Source of the DNA: Macrostomum lignano
Taxonomy: Eukaryota
Length of the DNA: 64,000 nt
Direction of reading: 5' to 3'
NCBI GenBank assembly: GCA_002269645.1
Contig: NIVC01000137.1
Coordinates: 186,001 to 250,000 of the forward strand
The position numbers and the translations under genes were made by a program. Of the stretch, positions 56,655 through 64,000 are shown piece after piece. The notes beneath the pieces were generated by a model. That model did not search any database and was not told where the DNA came from. It saw only the letters and a program-made list of their open reading frames with translations. Each line of letters begins with the position of its first letter. The stretch's first letter is position 1.

Positions 56655-57663
56655 TCAATCGCTGGCCTTGGCCTTGGCGCGCATCACCTTCTGCACAATC
56701 TTCTGCTCCTCGACCAGAAACGCGCGCACAATGCTGAAGTTTAGAAATGAGAAATCAATAATTCAGTTCTCCATGCATGCTGACTAATTTAACTGTAAGA
56801 GTACTCGATTCCCAGTGCAGTCACATTAATTTGAGACTAAATTGTAATATCGGGTTGGCTCTGCTCATGCAATTAATGCCTCAGATTCCCAACCCATGGC
56901 ACAGTGAAGTGTACATGCCTAACGATAGATAAAGTTAGGACCGCTGTACACTCCTGTGTGTGTGTGCGCCTGTGCGTATGACTGCGTACGTATCCGCGCG
57001 CTTGTGTGCCTGCTCAGGGGGACTGGTCGGTGAAATGGGCAGCAATGCCTCTCGCCGGTTGTGCGACAATGTCGCTTAAAGTGCACCAGGGTGCATACGG
57101 CACCCTAACCCTAATGCTTAGCTAGTAATTCAGTCCATTGTGAAAAGTATTAAAATCTGAATGAATTGTTGCAGCTTATTGACACATTTCAGGCAACAAT
57201 ATATCGGCACACCATAGTGGAAGCACTGTTGCCATAGTAATTTACTTGGTCAACTTTTACAGCTGATAGCGCCATTGTCTACCTCTAGTTAGTAAGAACA
57301 GGTGAGAATCGTCTGCACTGTGTGCAAATCTCAGTGTTCAGTTGCATAGAGGACCTACTAGTACTTTAATGGAACATATTTTTTAAAAATGGCTCACCGT
57401 TCAGTGACGCACTTGTGACAGCGGGAACCGCCATAGGCCCTATTGACAGTCTTGAGCCGTTTGCTCATGCGGCAGCGCTCCATCGGTCGGCTGGGAGTGA
57501 CGCCGTGCAGTTTCACTTTGCAATCGCCGCATTTTGGCACAGCGCCAAGTTTCTTGCGGTAGAGATAGACTAGGCGACCGCCTGGAGTCTTGGACACTGT
57601 CCGACGGTTCGACTTGGTGTTGTAGGAGAGGCGACGCCTCAGGGTCAGGCGCTGGTGGGTCAT
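56655..57663 (-). CDS. RPL34: 60S ribosomal protein L34 (eL34)
   Basis: Exons 57663-57398 and 56733-56655: [38 protein letters not shown]|[16 protein letters not shown]. Confidence 0.98.
57224..57354 (-). ncRNA. H/ACA snoRNA-like element, copy B (RPL34 intron)
   Basis: 131 nt, hairpin-hinge-hairpin-tail; H box AGACAA (57280-57275), ACA at 57229-57227; sense to a ribosomal-protein host intron; paralogous to 55209-55329. Confidence 0.65.
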
Positions 57664-57734
57664 CTTCTAGATAGGGCTGGCCGGCTGGCGGTGCCGCTGT
57701 GGCTGCGGGGTAGCGCGAGGTGGAACTGGTGAGA

Positions 57735-58342
57735 CTGGAATCTGTGATGCTGGCCCAGCAACTGGAATCTGTGATGCTGGCCCAGCAACTGGCGATCGGT
57801 GATGCTGGCCCAGCAACTGAGGATCTGGGAGGCTGGCCCAGCAACTGAGGATCTGGGAGGCTGGCCCAGCAACTGAGGATCTGGGAGGCTGGCCCAGCAA
57901 CTGAGAATCTGGGAGGCTGGCCCAGCAACTGAGGATCTGGGAGGCTGGCCCAGCAACTGAGGATCTGGGAGGCTGGCCCAGCAACTGAGGATCTGGGAGG
58001 CTGGCCCAGCAACTGACACTTTGGGAGGCTGGCCTAGCAACTGAGGATCTGGGAGGCTGGCCCAGCAACTGAGGATCTGGGAGGCTGGCCCAGCAACTGA
58101 GAATCTGGGAGGCTGGCCCAGCAACTGACACTCTGGGAGGCTGGCCCAGCAACTGAGGATCTGGGAGGCTGGCCCAGCAACTGAGGATCTGAGAGGCTGG
58201 CCCAGCAACTGACACTCTGGGAGGCTGGCCCAGCAACTGAGGATCTGGGAGGCTGGCTCAGCAACTGAGGATCTGGAAGGCTGGCCCAGCAACTGAGGAT
58301 CTGGGAGGCTGGCCCAGAAACTGAGGATTTGGGAGGCTGGCT
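57735..58342 (-). repeat. Third array of the 28-bp GTTGCTGGGCCAGCCTCCCAGATCCTCA family
   Basis: Reverse complement of the 6587 unit; lies between the IMPACT stop and the RPL34 start. Confidence 0.95.
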
Positions 58343-58571
58343 ATTAGCACAAAACATATTCCTAGAAAAAGAAGAAAATTAACGCAACGAAGCTTTACAA
58401 TCCTCAGCCTCAATAAAATCAAAGTCTATCTGCTTAAAAATTATCAAGATCTCTACAAAGCAACAAAATGGAACCACATAAATGCAGAACATTCTAGTTA
58501 TCAATTAAAATATAAACTTGCACCAGAAAACATAATTTAGTTAATATTTCAAGTAGACAGGAAAAAATCCA

Positions 58572-61316
58572 TCAATTCTTATTCCGCTTAGCACCACGCG
58601 TTTCAATAACGCCTCGCTGTTCCAGCAAGTTCCTAGCCGCATTGTTAATATGCTTGAACCTGTCCGGGCCCAGCAGGGTGCCGCCAAACCAGCGGGACAC
58701 CACCACCAGAGCGTTGCGGGTGTCCGACAGCTCCAGCAGGCGGAGAAGCCGGCCGCCGGCCTGCTGCTCGCCGTCATCGTCGCAGTCGGTGTAAAATGAG
58801 ACGCCTGCAAGTCACGTGCGGAAGATGGCCGGATTTTGAAAGATTTCATAACATTCTAAAAGTACATATCAGCATCGTTAAAGCGCACTCTGAATTTTGA
58901 AAGAGCAATGATCTACATATTTGTAGATGATTAGAAATTCGTAAGATATTTTCTACTAGAATTTCAAGGGAAAAGCATAGGCATAAACGTACTTTTAAAA
59001 ATGACTCCAGAACATTCACACATTTATTCGCGATGCTAAATGGACGTCTCGATTGTTGGCATAGCACTTTGCACGTTTTCGAATCGTAACCCTAACCTAA
59101 ACCCAACCCTGAACCTAACCCTAACCTAAACCCAACCCTAACCTAAACCCAACCCTAACCTAAACCCAACCCTAACCTAAACCCAACCCTAACCTAAACC
59201 CAACCCTGAACCTAACCCTAACCTAAACCCAACCCAAAACTAACCCTAACCTAAACTCAACCCTAACCTAAACTCAACCCTAACCTAAACCCAACCCTAA
59301 CCTAAACCCAACCCTAACCTAAACCCAACTTAAGCCAAACTCCACACTAAACAAGAAAACCCTTAACCTTAATAATGGGAAATTTTTTGAAGACATTTTT
59401 ATGACAACTGGACATTATATCGGTTTCAGTTTTCGTCATTTCGTTAGTCATGATACATTAATGCAGTCATAATGCAGTCATAAGTTAATATTTTGGCATA
59501 TTGTTCTCTGATGTCAAATCGGTACCCAGGTAATTCTTTGAACTATTGGGGTTTACAGAATTCTATTACTTCTACTTTCCAGTTGCAGACTTCTGCAACT
59601 TCTGTGGGTCACAAGTCAGGATGCCAAATGGCATTGCAACCCTGACGCTACCGACCAATGGCACAAACCTTGTTGTTGTCCAGTCTGACTCTGTCTGACA
59701 ATCCGATAGGCCCAGATATTGTGCGTAGCAGAGGCGATCTTCTTTTCACTGGAGAGCAACTGCGCCAATGCGTTGCTAGCGAGCTGGACGCTATGAACTG
59801 GGGCCAACAGGTGCGCCTGGAATACGCTGCGTCGGTCTTCTATGGGCTCGCCATGGACAAATTCTGCAGTTCCCGCGGCTGCGGCAGAGTCTGGTGACAG
59901 CGCTGCCGGGACTGCTGCGGTTGGCTGACTTGATGCAGAACTTTGGGAGTCTGCGGTGGCATAGGGACATATCATTAGTAGTTTAAATACATATGAAATA
60001 CAACCTGAGATTCTGGGAGGCTGGCCCAGAAACTGAGGATCTGGGAGGCTGGCCCAGAAACTGAGGATCTGGGAGGCTGGCCCAGAAACTGAGAATCTGG
60101 GCGGCTGGCCCAGCAACCGAGAATCTGGCAGGCTGGCACAGCAACTGAGGATCTGGGAGGCTGGCCCAGAAACTGAGGATCTGGGAGGCTGGCCCAGAAA
60201 CTGAGAATCTGGGCGGCTGGCCCAGCAACCGAGAATCTGGCAGGCTGGCACAGCAACTGAGGATCTGGGAGGCTGGCCCAGAAACTGAGGATCTGGGAGG
60301 CTGGCCCAGAAACTGAGGATCTGGGAGGCTGGCCCAGAAACTGAGAATCTGGGCGGCTGGCCCAGCAACCGAGAATCTGGCAGGCTGGCACAGCAACTGA
60401 GGATCTGGGAGGCTGGCCCAGAAACTGAGGATCTGGGAGGCTGGCCCAGCAACCGAGAATCTGGCAGGCTGGCACAGCAACTGAGGATCTGGGAGGCTGG
60501 CCCCGCAACCGAGGATCTGGGAGGCTGGCACAGCAGCTGAGGATCTGCGAGGCTGGCCCAGCAACTGAGGATCTGGGAGGCTGGCCCAGCAACTGAGGAT
60601 CTGGGAGGCTGGCCCAGCAACTGAGGATCTGGGAGGCTGGCCCAGCAACTGAGGATCTGGGAGGCTGGCCCAGCAACTGAGGATCTGGGAGGCTGGCCCA
60701 GCAACTGAGAATCTGGGAGGCTGGCCCAGCAACAGAGGATCTGGGAGGCTGGCCCAGCAACTGAGAATCTGGGAGGCTGGCCCAGCAACTGAGGATCTGG
60801 GAAGATGGCGCAGCAACTGGGGATCTGGGAAGATGGCAGCAACTGAGGATCTTGGAGGGCTCTAACCCGGCAGAGAAACCATACTAACGTAGTAACCCGT
60901 AATTTTGATTCATATTTCTCACCCTGATTATCTGCAGCGGCAGAGTCGCACTGAGCACTAGCATGTTCATCAATAAACTGTCTCACAGCTTCAGCCCAAG
61001 CATAGACAACCGGGCAGCCGGCAAAGTCTTGGCAGACTGCAACAAGCCGATTCTCTAATAATCTCCTCGATTCACCGCGAAGCCAAGGAGCGGACAGTTC
61101 AAACACTGGCGGACATTCGGTTGGATACGAAGGCGGGAAAGTCACGGACAGCGTGACAGTTGGCGATGCCTTCCCGTCGCAGTCACTGCTGCTGCCTCTT
61201 ATAGTGATGGCAAATGAGCCAGACTTGGCATTGAACTCGGTGATCTCATCCTCATAGATACTAGCCAGTGCTGTCAGTTCGTCAGACTGGAGCTCTGAAT
61301 TGTTGTTGTCAGACAT
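58572..61316 (-). CDS. IMPACT: IMPACT (RWD domain + UPF0029 domain; GCN1-binding GCN2 regulator)
   Basis: Phase-compatible exons 61316-60923, 59950-59669, 58804-58572. RWD (QSDELTALASIY..FPPSYP..PPVFEL..W), GEPIEDRRSVFQAH, KIASATHNIWAYRI, DCDDDGEQQAGGRLL..VVVSRWFGGTLLGPDRFKHINN. Confidence 0.96.
59088..59335. repeat. Telomere-like degenerate 17-bp repeat AACCCTAACCTAAACCC in IMPACT intron 2
   Basis: Directly visible. Confidence 0.9.
60005..60855 (-). repeat. Fourth array of the 28-bp family, in IMPACT intron 1
   Basis: Same unit in reverse complement, with variants; explains the read-through ORF 59616-61316. Confidence 0.95.
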
Positions 61317-64000
61317 GTAGAATGTCTAGCACAGCAGAAAACGAAGCAAGTAGTCATCAATAATTTTGCCAACTAATAGCTAATAGCCAAATAGCTAAAT
61401 AACACAATAGTTAAAACTGTTTGTAACTATTCTGCAAAAAAGTCTGCAAAAGTGTTTTGACTTTGTTTACTATAGCCAGCAAGATTATTTAAATTAGTTT
61501 AAAGTTTACCTATATTCTTTATTAAAGAATAGATTTTTATAGCAACACCATCTGCCTGCCAAAAGTTATGGGCAGAATTTTAAGTTTGCAGAAGGGTTTA
61601 TGGCTTTGTATATAACTTTTATCTAGGGTTTTTTGTACATGATTTTTATAACTAAAGGGGTGAAGAAATCTTGAATTTGTCTCTAAAAAGAAACAGCATG
61701 TTATACTTTTAATTTATTATTTCTTGATATCAATTTTTATTTAAAGAAAATTTAACTACTAAACAAGTTACCTATATATTCTATGTTTTTGTTTTTAAAT
61801 CATAAAATAATGTTGCTTCATTATGTTTTAATAAACTTTAAACTATTGTAAGCTGCCCCTATTGAAAGTATACCCAAATAGTTTTAATACTTTTTACTTC
61901 CTAATGTACTTTTTAGCTAAATAGCAATTGGCACCTTAAACGTGTTGATTTGCTCATCTAAGGGCCTATGAGTAAAATGATGTCATTCTACTCACAGCAA
62001 TACTAGGAAGCAGGGTTTGGCAAAAAACAATGAAAATTGAACTTAAAATAGGGGAGAACAAGCAAGAGGAATAGAGAATAGCTTAAATAATATATCATTT
62101 TGCAGTCAAGAGTCTTTTCTACATGTGTGGTTGATAATAGACTTTTAGTTTGATAGAAGACTTGACTTGATATAGACTTGATATAGTTTTTACCATTGTG
62201 GAGGCTATTAAAAACATAGTATTTTTATAGTCTATCAATTGCCAGGAGCAATTCAATTATTCTTGTCAGCAAGACTCAGTCTACACAACAAAGTTTGCAA
62301 TTAATTGCTTATATAGAATTGGATTTGGCAAGATTTGAATCAAGCACCTAGTTGTTCACCTTTAACACTGGTATGAATATCCTTATAATTGTCATAGCAG
62401 ATACTGACAACTAACTTATTATCAATCATCAAGTGGATGTTCTCAGACAAGAGTTTATACTACAGAAAAGGATCATATACACAAGTCAAGACACTAGACA
62501 CTTGATATCACCTAAAAAAACAGCTTTTTACTCAAAAAACAAATGCCTAATAAATATATTTTAAACATATAGAAATTAAAGCTGTTGATGTCAAGCAGCT
62601 AAAAAATACACAAATTTTCCCTTTTAAAATCAAATCTAAATGAAGCCTCTATGATACATAGCATTGAGGTTTGATTTGCTATTTCAGCACTAGAGGTTAT
62701 TGTCACATTAAATCTCTTTGGTCTTAGAAGGCAGAAAGCAATTTTTGGACAATTTAGGCTACATATAAAATTAAAGGATGCTTTTGTAAATTTACTTTTA
62801 TTATGAAATGTAAAAGGCTCCCCTATCTCTAGTTTTACCATAATAATAAACAATCCATTTTAAATGTGTGCCAAATTAGAAAAACATTTCGTTACATTGT
62901 AAATATATATTTCATAATATTTTTGTGAATTAAATAAAACTATAAAAATATAGTTTATATATAATATAAAAATATATATTTATATAAAAATATATAAAAT
63001 ATAAACTAGCGAGTTTCAGGAGGAAGACCAACTCACCTCTAGCAGTTCAAGCAATTATAGGAAGGTTAAAGCAGTGTTCCAAGCATACATGCGCAACCCC
63101 CCTGATTTACACTGGCCATGCGACTTACTTTTTGACCAAAAATGCGACTTACCTGTGAAAAAACCCTAAACCAAAAGTAACGCAGTTTTGGGTAAACGGC
63201 AGGAGTAACTATGACTGTCTTATCAGCCATAAATGCCTCGGCATCTAATTAGTACTACGTCCGTATTCTTTGGGGTGGCATTTTTGCGACTTACCCCTGG
63301 TCCACAATTTACGGTGGCCAGATCGGCCAGGTCGGCCAGCAGTTGCGCATGTATGGTTCCAAGCAAAAAAGTGAGAAGTGTTTTCTGAGTTAATTCATTT
63401 TCTAGCAAAGTGAAGTAGAATGGTACACCATATATACTACTGAAAGTAGAGAACCAAGAAGAAAGAATACAAAGTAGACCTTAATAATGCATATAGAATA
63501 CCAGAGGCCATGGCCCTCCACTGATCCCAGAAATGCTCAGGACTAGGAAGGGAATACATACAATACAATGTATATACTAGTGGGAGCAATAGTAAAAATG
63601 CTACAAGTACAAAGTAGGAATGCTACTGATATAAAGGTTAACTAATACTGATAGTAATACTTGGACTTATACTAAGAATAGTTCTTAGAGTAATACTTAT
63701 ACATATATTTAGATCCAGTTATTCAGACTAATACTCAGATTAATTCTAAGAAAATAGAGGTTTAGCCCTAGGACAACTTTGGTAGCAGTATCTAGGATAG
63801 TTAGAGAGAGGAAACAAAGAGCACTAATTATAGCTATAGGTGACAGCAGTGTGAGGAATCATTAAAGACAAAAGTTTACCCTTAGTATAGAAACAACAAC
63901 TTACTTTTTACATAGATAGGATTAGAAAGTTTACGCAAAGGGTATAATCACAAAGATGCTAAATTGCCAACATTTAAGAAAACAGTTCCATCAGAAAAAT

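Noticed and set aside
57015-57030. AGTCCCC (minus strand) resembling the RNase MRP P4 strand; also tested U17/snR30 and 7SK motifs for this intron
   Set aside because: The complementary P4 strand and the other diagnostic motifs are absent.
57660-57710. Idea that the IMPACT stop codon is the TAG three bases before the RPL34 ATG (stop-start coupling)
   Set aside because: IMPACT terminates at TGA 58574-58572 in its third exon; the TAG at 57669-57667 is more simply a splice acceptor.
61400-64000. Short ORFs 62599-62853 and 63223-63408
   Set aside because: AT-rich upstream region with no homology cues or coherent splice structure.

Overview
Gene-dense animal genomic DNA with spliceosomal GT-AG introns. 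Introns are either very short (about 70-175 nt) or inflated by intron-specific minisatellites. This style, plus unpaired splice acceptors just upstream of start codons, suggests a trans-splicing flatworm such as Macrostomum (inference, not verified). Plus strand: a SHANK-like scaffold gene (5' end outside the window), two tandem C-type lectin/PAN-like genes (one frameshifted), hexokinase and Rab6. Minus strand: a caspase-fold gene lacking the catalytic Cys, a BUD23-like methyltransferase, SURF4, POGLUT1/Rumi, RPL34 and IMPACT. Mobile DNA includes a decayed mariner, a 4.0-kb Foldback/Mutator-like insertion with a 9-bp TSD, and tRNA-derived SINE-like heads. Most notable: the pseudo-caspase; a duplicated H/ACA snoRNA-like element in neighbouring introns; a highly structured RPL34 intron containing a telomerase-template-like 12-mer (speculative); a candidate IMPACT-RPL34-POGLUT1 operon; and minisatellites that amplify a splice donor or recur across genes. 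All exon coordinates were derived by hand from splice signals and reading-frame phase.
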